Notes under the pieces: generated by a model
The model's input: the letters and a program-made list of their open reading frames with translations, nothing else
What the model was told of the DNA's origin: nothing
The model's database searches: none
Translations under genes and position numbers: made by a program
Shown here: piece after piece, positions 1 through 14,269 of the stretch
Layout of the letters: every line of letters begins with the position of its first letter
How positions within the stretch are numbered: position 1 is the stretch's first letter
From: Octopus bimaculoides
Taxonomy: Eukaryota
NCBI RefSeq assembly: GCF_001194135.2
Contig: NC_068989.1
Location: forward strand, 41,793,711 to 41,857,710
Reading direction: 5' to 3'
Length of the DNA: 64,000 nt

Positions 1-626
1 TGTGTGTGTGTGTGTGTATGTACTGCATTTTCTCGTGTACAAGTCAACATGGTTCACTCATTGTCACTATCTTTCCAAATTCTGCTGGGGTGGGGGTGTC
101 TGTGTTTGACCCTAGCAGCATTTGTCAATTGATATTAGTTTGGTTACATTCCCATAATATAGCAGGTTGTCAAAAGAGACTGCTAGAATAAGTACCTTAA
201 GACTTAAAAAAAAATGTAAATACTGCAGTCAATTTGTTTGACTAAACCCTTCAAAGTGATGCCCTGGCAAGGCTGCAATCCAAAGATTGAAACAAGATAA
301 AAGGAACAATTCTAAGACTGATTTCATGTTGTACAATGAATCTCAGAGAAACATTTTGAGTTCTCAGTGAAATGAGAATATTTTCAAGCTAACCAGTCTC
401 TGATTTTTGACTCAACCTTAGGTTCTACATAGTGTCACCATTCTGCTGTGAAATTCCCGTTTACTGCCACTTAAGAATATTGGAAAATATTTTGAACTCA
501 TGAAATCCAATTAGCTTAATTAAAAACAATGTAAAAATTAATGTTGAATTCACATTAAAAATATTGTGAAATATTATGTGTATCTATGTATATGTATGTG
601 TTTGTGGGTGTTTATGTATTTGCATA

Positions 627-671
<45 letters not shown>

Positions 672-1981
672 ATGTGCTTATATGTCTGCATGTATGAATG
701 TTTATATGTTGCCATGTGCCTGCATGTGTTTGTGTTTATATGCCTGCATGTGTGTGTGTCTGTATATTTGCATTGTTGTGTATATGTGTACATGTTTATA
801 CATCAGTGTGCGCGTATGTGTGTGTGTGTGTGTTTGAGTGTCTGTCAAAGAAGAAATTAATGTACAAGAAACAAAAACAATGCTCATTGGCTCAGTTTCC
901 TGTGGTTTGTGCTAAATTAATAGAAAACATCATTGCACATGTTTCGCTGAAAGCCTGCTAAATGGAAGAAAGAGGTACAAAAAAAACCCCAAAAAAACAA
1001 AAAAACAAAAAAACAAAAAAAAAAAAAAACGAGATTCTTTCATTAAAGATGCAGAGAAAGAATGTACCAATTCTTCAGATTTATTGAAAATCATTACACA
1101 GTAACATTAAAATACAATAAAGTTACCATTGTAGTGAATTTCATTATAATATAATATATATAGATGTGTGTGTGTTACTGTTTCTTTGCTTTAACAGAGT
1201 GTGATAGTTGTAAACAAATGTCAACGTCAGGCAAGTGGTGTCCTTTGTTTCCTGTCTTCTGTGAAAACATGTCTGGTCATGGGAAATAAAACCTTACTTC
1301 AAAATAGGTGAGGGTTGGCAACAGGTAGGGCATCCAGTTATAGAAAATTCACAAGCATGGAAAAGCAGAATTAGAATGATAATGATCAAGATGATGATGA
1401 TGGTATTAAGGCACAGACACGGGTGTGTGTGATCAAAAAATACATATCCCAACCATATGGTTTCAGGTTCAGTCCCACTGCATGGTACCTTGGCGCATGA
1501 TGTTTTCTAAAATAGCCCCATGCCAACAAACTCTTATGAGTGGATTTGATAAATGGAAACTGAAAGAAGCCTATTGTATGTGTGTCTTGGCATTGAGTGT
1601 CACCACTGTACAAGTGGTATCCTTTGTTGCTGATCATCAGTGTAAAGAAGTCTAGCCATGGGAAAGCACCACCTTGTTTAGAAGCAGGTCAGGATTGGTG
1701 ACAGGAAGTGCATTCAGCTGTAGAAAATCTGCCTCAACAAATTTTGTAGGTCCCATGCAAGCATGGGAGAAAAGGTATGATGATGATGATGATGTATACG
1801 TATTTCCTTTGCTGCAATCTAATGACTGCAGCTGTGCTCAGGTTCTGCCTAAATGCATTTAGTTGAATAAATTGAACCCAGCACTCATTTTAAGTCTGAC
1901 ATTATTCTATTAGTCACTTTTTGCTCGTTACACACAAATTCAAGACAAGGAGACATAGATACCCATATTTCCCTACCCCCC

Positions 1982-2022
<41 letters not shown>

Positions 2023-2892
2023 CTAAGTAAAGTTGCTATCATCCATACATACAGGCTTGTCTTTTGCAGGTGCCACATGAAATGCATTTGTGCCAGTGGC
2101 ACGCAAAAAACACCAAGTACATTCTGTAAAGTGGTTGGCATGAGGAAGAGCATCTAGCCGTAGAAACCATGCCACAAGAGACAATTAGAGTATGGACAGC
2201 TCTCCAAGCAGCCAGCTCCATGTCAAACTGTTCAACCCATGCTAGCATGGAAGGTGGACATTAAACAACGATAATGATGATGATGATGACGACGACGACG
2301 ACGACGACAACATGATATGAAAGGTTTCTCTTTCAGTTTCTGTCTTGGAAATCCACTCACAAGGCTTTGATTGGCCCAGAGCTATAATAGACAATACTTA
2401 TCTAATGGTGCTACACATTGAGACTAAGTCTGAAACTATTTGGTTGGGAAGAGAACTTCGTAACTGTTGAACAAGATTAAAATTTCCTGGTTATTCCAGT
2501 AATGATGTTAAACATCTACAAAAATAAAAAGTATTTACTGCAAGTCCAGTTGCCTCAGTAAACTTAAGATCTCAACAAAAAATAACTACAAACATGAAAT
2601 TTCTCAACATACAAAGATAGATTTGTATATAAAACTGCTTCTTGCAGTTAAGGGTTAAAAAATTTTGTGTGAATATATCTGATTGCCATGTAAAAAGAGA
2701 CAACCATTCAACCAATTAACAAGGCAGCCAATGGCTGCTTTAACGATTGTAGAGATCTCTTACACATGAAACCATTGGTTGCCTCATTATCCCACAAAAG
2801 AATATTTATCTACCAATGCAGCATCAAGCACTCATTCTCATTATTTGATACTAATATATGCATACATATACATATATATATATATATATATA

Positions 2893-3301
2893 NNNNNNNN
2901 NNNNNNNNNNNNNNNNNNNNNNNNNNNNNNNNNNNNNNNNNNNNNNNNNNNNNNNNNNNNNNNNNNNNNNNNNNNNNNNNNNNNNNNNNNNNNNNNNNNN
3001 NNNNNNNNNNNNNNNNNNNNNNNNNNNNNNNNNNNNNNNNNNNNNNNNNNNNNNNNNNNNNNNNNNNNNNNNNNNNNNNNNNNNNNNNNNNNNNNNNNNN
3101 NNNNNNNNNNNNNNNNNNNNNNNNNNNNNNNNNNNNNNNNNNNNNNNNNNNNNNNNNNNNNNNNNNNNNNNNNNNNNNNNNNNNNNNNNNNNNNNNNNNN
3201 NNNNNNNNNNNNNNNNNNNNNNNNNNNNNNNNNNNNNNNNNNNNNNNNNNNNNNNNNNNNNNNNNNNNNNNNNNNNNNNNNNNNNNNNNNNNNNNNNNNN
3301 N
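2893..3301. other. Assembly gap (others at 6612-6681, 15270-15610, 22425-22529, 25058-25067, 42282-42291, 46015-46245, 57022-57669, 59039-59176)
   Basis: Runs of N, mostly bounded by microsatellites; X-rich ORFs in the track are artefacts. Confidence 1.
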
Positions 3302-3339
<38 letters not shown>

Positions 3340-4989
3340 GAACATGCAAACTATCCAGCTGTTTATCTTATACATGGGTTTTCTAAGAAGGAAAGCTTGG
3401 TTGCCATAGAAAAATTCTGCTGAATATCAGCATGACTGGTTTGAGAGTAATTAACCATTCACTTAGAATATTTAAAAGAAAAGGAAGCTATTTTATTGAG
3501 AAAGAATAGGCTTTATTTCATTCTTTCTTTTACAGAAAATCATCAACAATATGTATACACCCCACTAACCATCAATATAATTTTTAGTATCATACTCTGA
3601 CATCAGGAGACTAATTCCACGAATGAGTTTTAACTTTGACAGGGAAGTGAGGGGATGAGAGGGAAATAAAGACATTTGAAAATAATAAATCAATAATCAA
3701 ATGTTTGGTTCAGAATTAACAAGTGATTTTGAATGGGTCTTTTTTGTTCTGTTTTTTTAAAAATCTGAACATCGGGAGCGTTTCATCAGTGTTGTTTCTT
3801 GTACGAATAATTGTCCAGGTGATAGAAAAGATAGAGCTACATCCAGTCATCTACCTATATTTTAGTTATTCTAATTAGAGAAAATTACTTATACTGCTCT
3901 ACCACTCACTTTTAGTTTAAGTGGTACCTAATGTCATTATTTTAACATTGTCATTTATGCTTGCTTGGAACACATGGAATTTGTCAAAAAAAATTTTCTA
4001 TAGCTACATGTTCTGCTTGTCACCAACACTCACCTGTTTTACCTATTTCCAAGCAAGGTACAATTTCCCTATGGCTGGACACATTTCCACAGAATACTGA
4101 AAACGAAGGTGACAACTATCACATGATGCCAAGACAAAGACACACACACAAACAAACATAGATATATGATGAATTTCTTTCAGTTTCTGTCAACCAAATC
4201 CACTAATAAGGTTTTGATCAGCCCAGAGATACGGAAGAAGACACTTGCCCAAGGTGCTATGCAGAAGACTGAACCCAAGTCCACAGGGTTGGACAGTGAA
4301 CTCCTTAACCACACCTAAATTAATTACAAAACACGATAAAATGAAATGAAGTGCCTTGTTCAAGGACACAATGTGTTGTCTAGGCCAGAGATTGAACTTG
4401 TTACCATGATTGTGAGCTTAACACTATAACCACAAGACCACGCACACAACTTCACATACATGCATGCACACACACAAGCCATTAACATGAATGTATCATT
4501 TTGTCTCCAAACCTACACCCTCTTTAACCTCCACTCCCCACCATCGCCACTAACACCTCTTCTAACAACCCAATCCCTACCACCACCACCACCACCACCA
4601 CATACACACCAACTGAAACACTGCATACATAAAGACATATATGTCAACTCTTATGTCACATGCAATAAAGAAGTCTACACCTATACCTTTACACTTCTAA
4701 TAACCCCTGCCCAAACTCACCTCACGTACAGACACACACACTACACTTTTATGTCTCATATGCACAAACACTAAATCATCAACATATATGCTGGTTATCG
4801 AAACAGTTTTAGCACAATTGATTAGGAAGAGAATTAACATAGATGCAATGCAGTTTGGCTTTGTGCCAAGAAGTTCAACGGATGCCATCTTCCTAGTGAG
4901 GCAACTGCAGAAAAAAAAGAAAAAATGTATCTAGCCAGGAATAAGCTACTATACCTGGTCTTTGTTGAACTAGGAACGGCCTTTGATAA

Positions 4990-6175
4990 GATAACCCACT
5001 CTGAAAAACTGGGGGGTCAGTGAAAAGCTTAAAGTAGACAAATGGCTCGGGAGTGTTACACAAGCCATGTACAGAGGTGAAGTTTGTAAAGTGAGAGTCA
5101 CAAATAAAACTACTGATGAATATAATGTAAAAATAGGGTGTGCACTACAGCTCAGTCTTCAACCACCTTCTGTTCATTATCTGTCCTCCAAACCATAACA
5201 GAGGAATTGAAGACTAGCTGCTGTTGGGAGCTTTATGCTGATGATTTAGTTCTTATAGCTGATTTTGTAACAAAATTAGAAAAGATATTCCAGACTAGGA
5301 AGCAAATCTTAGAATTGAGAAGCCTTAATCTTTCAGCATTTAAAGCATGTCCACCTGGCTGGCAGCATACTATGTTTTCATAGCATCCACCCTCACTACC
5401 AATTATGTTTCCTAAGTAACAGCAGCTATCAACTAACTATAGCCCTTTAGCATAAACCATTCTGATTCTAACACACCTAAAATCACCCTTGGTCCTATGA
5501 AATGAACTTCCTGTTTAAATGTGATCTAAATTAAAACTTTCCTTCCAAATTTCATGTTAATTTGTATTCCTGACACCAACTTAATAGATGACAATGTTAT
5601 TTTGATAAATTCTTTGTAATTTTCAAAACTAATTAAAAGAAAGGTAGTGTGATTCAACAGAAATATGGTAAAAGGGTTAAAACAACCATATCCAGCCCAA
5701 ATATTCAACCATATCTGTTCAAAATGACTAGAGCTTGCTTCTCACACCTACCCTACAATATCATTCTAAAATTAAACAATTGCATCATCAAAATTGTGAT
5801 GCTGCAGCATGAGTCGTGATTAATTCAACGGAATGTGAATAAATAAGAATTACATTTTGACAAAATAATCTGAATGCTTGGAGTGAATTTAGCTGGATAT
5901 GGCCAGATAACCCTTTTACTATATTTCTGCTGAATCACACAACCTTCCTTTTAATTAGTTTTGAAAATTACGAAGAATGTATTAAAATAACATTGTCATT
6001 TATTAAGTTGGTGTTTGGAATACAATTTAGGAAGTCTGTATCATAGAATCAAGAGTGATTTTAGTTGGGTTAGAATCAAAATGGCTTATGCTAAAGGGCT
6101 ACAAGCAATTGATAGCTGCTGTTACTTAGGAAACATAATTGGTAGTGAGGGTGGATGCTATGAAAACATAGTTTG
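4990..6175 (+). pseudogene. RTE-type non-LTR retrotransposon reverse transcriptase relic, interrupted by a foldback insertion
   Basis: Translations QAMYRGEVCKVRV and LQTITEELKTSCCWELYADDLVLIAD (YADD at 5234-5245), resuming as CYLGNIIGSEGGC at about 6115-6160. Contains frameshifts. Confidence 0.8.
5441..6100. repeat. Foldback (long inverted repeat) built from TTAA-type MITE sequence
   Basis: 5441-5696 pairs with 5892-6100 (AGCCCTTTAGCATA...ATGCTAAAGGGCT), with a deletion in the right arm and a loop of about 195 bp. Confidence 0.85.
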
Positions 6176-8349
6176 CTGCCAGCCAGGTGGATAAGCTTAG
6201 ATGATATAACACCACTATATGCATCAACATTTCCACTAGACTCTAGACGAGAGCTTCTAAGTTGCTAATGGTATTTATTCCTCAACTGGAATAGACCATC
6301 TCTAATCAAATCATCAGCAATTATTTCTGGTTTCTATATTGTAAATTTTCATCGAAGAAGAAATTAATAATTTAAGGAAAAAAACAAAAAGCTATCAAAA
6401 AGAAGTAGTAATAGCAACAAACCTTATTTACTACAATAACAAGAAGAGACAAAATATCTTAAAGATCAATATAATAAAAGAAAAAAAAGAAGCTAATTCT
6501 AAGTAGATTCTGCTGTTTTGACATACAATTTAGTTGTATTACAAATAAATGGTTCTCAGATTGTTTCAACATTTGTAGTTGTTGTGGCTGCTTTCACTGT
6601 TTATATATATANNNNNNNNNNNNNNNNNNNNNNNNNNNNNNNNNNNNNNNNNNNNNNNNNNNNNNNNNNNNNNNNNNNNNNATATATGTATTTCAAATGT
6701 AGATTTTTTTCTTTTTTTTGTAGATTTTTTTCCCCTCCACATCTTGTCATTTATTCACTGAATTGTAAATGATAAAAATATCCATTCAATCAATTTTATG
6801 TTTATGAATGTCTCAAGTACACATAATATTCCCCTTTGTTTTTCTTTTTCTTTTTTTTGCTAAGGATTGTGAAATGCTCATTTTGATGAATATTGAAAGA
6901 AAACATACAAAAGAAGGAAAAAAAAAAATCAAATTTGCCAACAAATAAACAACTGACATTTACACGACCTTTTATATGTTATCTCCTAAAATTGTTTCTC
7001 TTTATTATATGATAGATATTTTATATACATGCATACATACACACACAAACACACAAATATATATACATACACATATATAATTGCATAAGTACACACACAC
7101 ACATATATATACTATTTTCATTCTATCATTTCTAATTTTTTTTTCATCTATCTTTTCCATCTTCAAGTTTTGATGTTTCCATTTATTTGTTACAGTAGGG
7201 TTTTTGCTTCTACAATCATCATCGACATCATCCTCCTTATCATCATCAAATTCTGTATATATTTTTATGACATGATATTCACTGCTACCATCACCACCAC
7301 CACTCAACTAAGAACTATTCAATCATACATTTTACAGGTCTATTTATTTATTTCAGTTAACCCTTTGTCTTCATTGACTTCTACTGCAGCGATATGTCTA
7401 AAAGCACAAAAGCAGTACTGATTGCTAGATTCGAAATTTAAATTGATGTCTGGTACGTTAATTAGCAGTTACCTTGGTTATCACTGCTTCTCCTCTTTAA
7501 CAAATCTCTAATTGATCACTGAACACTATCGGATAGCTGTGTGAAGTAATTCTCATTTAATTTACATTTCCTCCAAAATCATAGAAAATCAGTGGATGAA
7601 AAAAAAATGGTATAGTACACAGTGACAGTGGATAGCCCCCATGTTAAAGAATGGAAATACCAGGTCCCAGGATATTAAGCCTTGCAGACAAGAAGATACC
7701 AAATACCATCCTGCAAACATATCAGACTAATGTGAGCATTGGGAAAATGAACATTACAATAACAATTTTGAAGGGAAGAAAGTTAGTCAATACCGTCAAC
7801 CTTGACTGGTACTACAGTTTCTTGACATGGTGGGATGACAAGCTAAATTTATTCAGGTGCATTTTGAACTCAGAATGTCATAACTGGGGAGAAATGCTAC
7901 TAAGCATTTTGTCCAAAACTCTAATGATTCAACCAGCACACTGCCTTAATAATGACAGACTCTCCTGTCGAAGATGGTGTATGAATGTTCAGCTTTTGCT
8001 GAAAGACCTGTTTATAGTGATCAAATGTGTGTTCCATACATTATGTATGTATGTATGTAGAACTGTTTATCATGTCCCTTAAGATCACAGTTGAATATTC
8101 TCAACATGGCAAACAACAGGTTTTACAACATATCAATTGAAATTTGAAGAATTTCTTTCAAAGAAAGAAACGATATTACTTAGAAAAGAAATTCTAAGCC
8201 ACATTCAGTGTTTTCTTCACTGAGTTGAGAAAGCAGAAGAACTCTGGTGAATAGTGCTTTGGGATGAACAAAAATCTGACAGATTTGCAACTGTCAGCAA
8301 TAAAAGCCATGCAGTTTTATTCATTTCTTTTTCTAAATGTAGATATTTT

Positions 8350-8388
<39 letters not shown>

Positions 8389-9384
8389 TTGTGTGTGAGT
8401 GAGTGAGAGAGAGAGAGAAAGAAAAGAGAATGTGTGTGAGTGAGTGAGAGAGAGAGAGAAAGAAAAGAGAATGTGTGTGAATGTATATATACTCACACAT
8501 ATATATGTACATATATACAAACTCATACAGAGGCATTTGCACACACATACATCACATACACATACACACACACATGTACATGTGACTTGCAGTATTGTCC
8601 TTGAAAAATAATGCTGTGAGATATTGCTGTTATGTCAGGAAGAGACCATTATACAAGGTACTTAAATCCCTTGGATAATTATTTAGATTAGGGATTAGCA
8701 ATTGTTAGATGCATTAAATAGCATGAGTTGTGCTTTGTTTTTAGCTTATTTATATAAACTTTGCTTTAGTTGTATTTTTTACATTTGTATTATATCTAAA
8801 TTTCATTTGTTTATGTATTTTAACAAATAATCAAAACAAAGAAAAAGAGAAAAAAAAAAGAAACTAAAACTTCAGGACATGTATTTGGATGTAATAATGG
8901 TTGGCCTATTTAAAACATTTGTGGTGGTGGCTATGTATGGAGGGTATAGCTAAAGGAAGAAGTAGCGGGTAGAGTAAATAGATTGGGTAGCCAACACCTT
9001 GTTATTCATTGAGTTGTCATAAATAGCCCCATACTTGCTTCTGGTGATAGTTACTGACCGAAATACAATGACGGGTATGTTGACAATTGACGGTCTATCT
9101 AATGGCTGAATAAGAAACACTGCTTGACAAATTGGCTCCAATAACAATTATACAGAGACAAATGGTTTGCTAAGTGGTTCCTTTAATTATATATTGCTGC
9201 AACAGTAGCATTCCTCTGACAATAATGGATGTGCTTTTGCAGTAATGGCAACAATAATGTAACATAAATAAGAAATGAAGGACATTTTAGGTGGTGGCAA
9301 CAGCTAGGAAATAATGATAAAAAAAACTGAGAAGTAAAACAGAAAAATATAACAACAGCATCAACAAAAGGAAAGCAAAATATA

Positions 9385-9540
9385 GGCGTAGGTGTAGGCA
9401 TGGCTGTGTGGTAGGAAGTTTGTTTCCCAACCTCATAGTTCCAGGTTCAGTCCCACTGCATGGTACGTTGAGCAAGTGTCTTAGGCTGACCAAAGCCATG
9501 TGAGTGGATTTGATAGATGGAAACTGAAAACCCATCATCT

Positions 9541-9586
<46 letters not shown>

Positions 9587-9800
9587 CTGGGTTTGTCTTC
9601 CCCTGCCCCAACCGTTTGACAATTGGTGTTGGTGTGCTTATGTGCCCGTAACTTAGTGGTTCAGTAAGAGAAACTAATAAAATAAGTACCAGGCTTAACA
9701 AAAAATACTGGGTTCGATTAATTTGACTAAAAGTTCTTCAAGGTGGTGCCCCAGCATGGTCACGGTCCAACGACTGAAACAACTAAAGGATAAAAGATGA
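9385..9800 (+). mobile_element. tRNA-derived SINE, family A
   Basis: Head GGCATGGCTGTGTGGTAGG, B-box-like GGTTCAGTCCC, central (TG)n, and the same 3' module as the 19513 copy. Confidence 0.8.
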
Positions 9801-10034
9801 ATAAAATTAATAATCAGTTTGTTTGGATAACTAGGTGGGGAGGAATAAATTCTTAGAGGAGGAGAAATGCGAGTGGTGGTTGTATTCAGACCTCTCCAAA
9901 AGTTATTCGGAGAGGAGATGTGGTGAAATGGTTTGGGGCTGAGAACGGAACTTGTGTATCTGACTTGACATACTGGGAATTTAACTCTCAAACTTCATAA
10001 TATATAATTGATTTTTATTATTTTGGTTTATTAA

Positions 10035-10480
10035 GGTAGAAAGCTGGTAGAACCATTAGCATGCTGGACAATCTGTTTAGTGGCATTTCTTATGAATCAT
10101 TACATTCTGAGTTCAAATTCTGCCAAGGTTGACTTTACTTTTCATTCTTTCAGGATGGATAAAGTAAGTACCTGTTGAGCACTGAGGTCAATGCCATCAA
10201 CTTAACCCCTCTTCCTCAGCTTGCTGGCTTTGTGCCAAAATTTGAAATCATTATTTTGGCTTAAGGCATTAAACTGGTAGAATCATTACCATGCTGGACA
10301 AAAAGCTTAGTTACATTTCTTCCAACTTTATGTTTTGAGTTCAAATTCTGCCAATGTCGGCTTTGCTTTTCATCCTTCCAGGATTGATAAAATAAGTACC
10401 AGTTAAGCACTTGGGGGTCAATGTAATGGACAAGTACCCATCTCCACATTTCAGGTCTTGTGCTTACAGCAAGAATTATT
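10035..10480 (+). mobile_element. Two head-to-tail SINE family B copies
   Basis: Each has AGCTGG..GAA..TTAGCATG, CTGAGTTCAAATTCTGCC, CTTTTCATCC and AAGTACC motifs. Confidence 0.75.
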
Positions 10481-10920
10481 TTCTTATTTAGTAGGAGGCA
10501 GGGGGCACAATGCTGATGACCGTTTACAAGCCTCCATGACTGGTGAAAGAGAAGGAAGGTGAGAGGAAGTTATCCTCAAACCAGAGAACTTGGCCTAAAT
10601 GCTTGTTAAAGAATAGAGTCTACATAAGGAACCTAAGGAGTCAGATTGTGGTGTTAAGCTGCGCAATGGATTAAGCCTCTCATCCAAGATGGTCATGGTA
10701 GGATTTGAACACAGAACACTAAGAACAGAAACAAATATCACAACGCTTCAAATCAGATGTTTTTATAATCCCGTCAATCCACCATTTTAGACTGGTTCTT
10801 TTTTTTGCTTTTCTTTTTATTGATTTCAAAATGATGATAGGTAAATGATGACCTTAGCAGAATTTGAACTCAGAGCAGCGAGTTGGAACAAATACCATGC
10901 AGCCATGGAACAAGAAAAAA

Positions 10921-10924
<4 letters not shown>

Positions 10925-10976
<52 letters not shown>

Positions 10977-10994
10977 TAATAATAATAATAATAA
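10925..10994. repeat. (AAT)n microsatellite (representative)
   Basis: Near-perfect trinucleotide run. Many other (TG)n, (TA)n, (ATT)n and (GAT)n tracts occur, e.g. 629-666, 19662-19763, 29319-29370, 51924-51964, 58980-59038. Confidence 0.95.
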
Positions 10995-13984
10995 ACAAAG
11001 ATATTCAACATATCTCACCATCATTTAATATCACTTTGTCCTGAGATTAATGAATTGTATTACCGCACTATAACAGATGCACTATATGCCAGAAACAGCA
11101 GCCATATCTCCCTATACCTCATCTCCAAAACGGGGGCATATTCAGTAATATAGTTCCTCATATATAAAAGGAGATGATCATAGATGGAACACTTTTGATC
11201 AGGGTGTGGGGTCTGCTTGATCAAAGGTGATTTGGAACTAAACAATAACCAACATATCTATTTGGAAAAACAAATGGCCTTCTTCTTAGTTAACAAATGC
11301 ATCAACATTTCCAACCTTCTCTGTCATCATTAGCTCAGTGAATAACACACGATGTTTCCAAAGTACCTGCAACAACTTATCCATCAGATTAAGTGTCCAG
11401 TATTGTCCAGTCCAGTCCGGTTGAAGGCATTAACTAGTCTTAGTTCATCTAGTACACCTGCTGTCTTGCTGCATCTATCATCTTTTACTAGAAATCATAC
11501 TACACCACCCACCTCATAACCTCTTTGTTTTCATTGACGACACACACACCACACATCACTGCATTGCTGCTAACTTCTCTTTCCACCTCCATACAGATCA
11601 ATGAGGCTTCTCTGTCGCTATTGAATTTAGCTGGCTGCTTCTACTGCTACTGCTGCTGTCAACTATCTCTCTCTCTCTCTCTCTCTCTCTGTGCATGTAT
11701 GTATGTGCAGATAGTTGTGTGTGGTGTGTGTTTATGTCAGTGTGTGTGTGTGAGAGAGAGAGACGCACCTGTTTGTAAAAACTAAGGCTTCTTTTAATGT
11801 AGGACACTGGGCAACAGCAATGTGGCTTCAATGTGGAGAAACAAGAATAACAACAAACAAAATGAACAAAAATTTTCCAAAAAAAAAAAAAGGGAAAAAG
11901 TAAACAACAACAACAAAAAAATAGTAATAGGTGGTAGTGGAGTGTCAAATGAACAATAATACATTTGGTAACTTAGCAATTTACACCTGTTTCACCTGTA
12001 AGTGTCATGATACAACACAATGACTGTATTATGTAATATATAAAAATTACTAATATCAAGAGTATCACCCTGAAACAAGAATGACCTACTAAGAGGTGCC
12101 ATGCTTTCATTAATTATTTTAGGTTTATATGTAGTTGTGACTAAAGATAGACACTTTCTTGGCCCTTCCAACTTTGAGCCAGAAGAACAATGAGGATGTG
12201 AGAGCTGGAGGAGAAAAAGAGTTGCACCAGCACCTAGCTGATATTCATTTTGAACTGTGTATACTGGAGCAATGGAAAATGAAGTGCCTTGTACAAATAC
12301 TTGACCTTCGATGTGGTTGAACAACAAAATCTCGACTAGTCAGATTTCACAGTTTGGGTTATACTATCCATCCTTTGGATCGCTGAATGTGAAAATGTGG
12401 CTCATAAGACCTCCATTCAGGTGATTTTCCTCAGTCACCATCTCATCCTCCCTTGCATGCCCACCTGTCACAAGGTTACCCATTTACAGTTGATGGACTG
12501 GAGCAATGTGAAATGAAGAGGTTTGCTCAAGAACACAATGCACATCCGGTTTGGGAATTGAAACCATGGTCTTGTGATTGTGAGTGAAACACTAACCACT
12601 AGGTCACAAACTTTCACAGAATATACAATACACAACCTAGTTCAGGAATTGAAACTACAACTATGTAATGCATAAAAAAAAAATCTACCGCTACAATATC
12701 TATCTATCTATCCATCCATCTATTTTTTCTATCTATTTTTCTTTCTATCAATCAATCAATCAAAATGAAGGATGATCTGGTGGTGTGTACCATGCTTTCA
12801 CTAACTGCATTAGGTGCCTATGTAGTTTCAAGCAGACAGATAGACATCTCAAATTTCCCATCCTTGTTACAACATAGCATCAAAGATGTGACATTTGGAG
12901 GAAGAAAAGGCTTTATCAGCACTAGGCTGATATTCATTTTCAGCTGAATAGACTGGAACATGAAATGAAATGCATTACTCAAGTGTTATCAGATCTCGAA
13001 TTCAAACACGTGACATTGTAATCACAAATCCAATACCCTAACCACTAGGATACACATTTTTCCATGTTGTAATGTAGTGTGGGGTTCTTAGCCAGGGTTG
13101 ATCATGTGCCTGCACCTTTATGTGCTGACCTGGGTAAAGTCTTATTGTGGAAGATGGCAGTTGCTCATGCATGTAAGTCTCTCTTCTCTCCTGCCACAAA
13201 TGTCCAGGAAAAAAGTCACTGCCTTAAAGCTGATACAGCTGGGCACTAGTGTCATCACTGGTGTTGCTATTAGAACACAAAGGGTCACAACATATCATAA
13301 GCCATCTCATCTGATTTTGTAGTAGTTCAACCAATCCAACACATTTGCTTGGTTCTTGATAACAGATTGGTACATTGTGATGTATTCCACAGGAATACAT
13401 TGCAAGATATTCCACAGGTTATAAGTGAAACAAATAAATCATATATAACATATGACAAAATATATTCAATATGTAGTGCATAAAATATGTGACCTATGAT
13501 AAAACATAGTCATATGGGGTAGCCATGTATCTCCTCTACAGCAACACATCTGTTTCTTTTCCTCTATCATACTTTAACTATTCATCACTTGACTGAAGAC
13601 CACCTCCCACAATACTGTTCCCCTTCAGTTGAGGGAGTCTTGTCTTGAAAGTTACTGGGTGACCCTGCTGGTGCTGACGCCACACAAAAAAAGCACCTAG
13701 TACACTTTATAAAATGATTGGTATTAGAAAGAATATCCAAACAGAGACACCATAACAAAGCAAACGTAACTTGTTTCAGTCCTCGGGCTTACTAGCTCCC
13801 GTCACAATGTCCAGCCCAAGACAGTATGGGAGGAGGATGTTAAATGTTGATAATAATAATGATATGTGATAAAAATAAGTCATAAAATATAGCACCACCG
13901 TGAGGTGGAAAAAATATATCTACACAACATATACATACAAAGTGGCTGCATGTGTGAGCTTGCATGCATGTGTATGCACCATAC

Positions 13985-14032
13985 CAGTTGAAATTCAGTT
14001 TTGCATTTAGAGTTTAATGCAACCTGCTCATA
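13985..14032 (-). CDS. Candidate 48-nt in-frame exon downstream of the SAM exon (YEQVALNSKCKTEFQL)
   Basis: Good polypyrimidine acceptor (tttatcttctacccttctgttacag|TAT), donor CTG|gtatgg, phase 0 to 0, no stop. There is no homology support, so it could be chance. Confidence 0.35.
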
Positions 14033-14269
14033 CTGTAACAGAAGGGTAGAAGATAAACAAGAACAGTATCCAACAGTAGTAAAGTTGCTTCCTTTCAACC
14101 CAACAAATGCAGATAAAATTTACATTAACAGATATTTAGGGAAATGAGCAGAAATAGAGAGAACAAAATGTATTATAACTCTGTGAGTGAGTTAATGATA
14201 AAGATAGACAGACAAACACATGGGCAGAAGGATAGACATAAAAACAGAGTCGGGTGCAGGCATAGTTTT

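Noticed and set aside
7472-7545. Minus-strand exon candidate ending AAG|gtaact
   Set aside because: All nearby acceptors give stops in phase 0.
7651-8082. 143-aa plus-strand ORF
   Set aside because: Runs through decayed SINE and repeat fragments; no domain or splice support.
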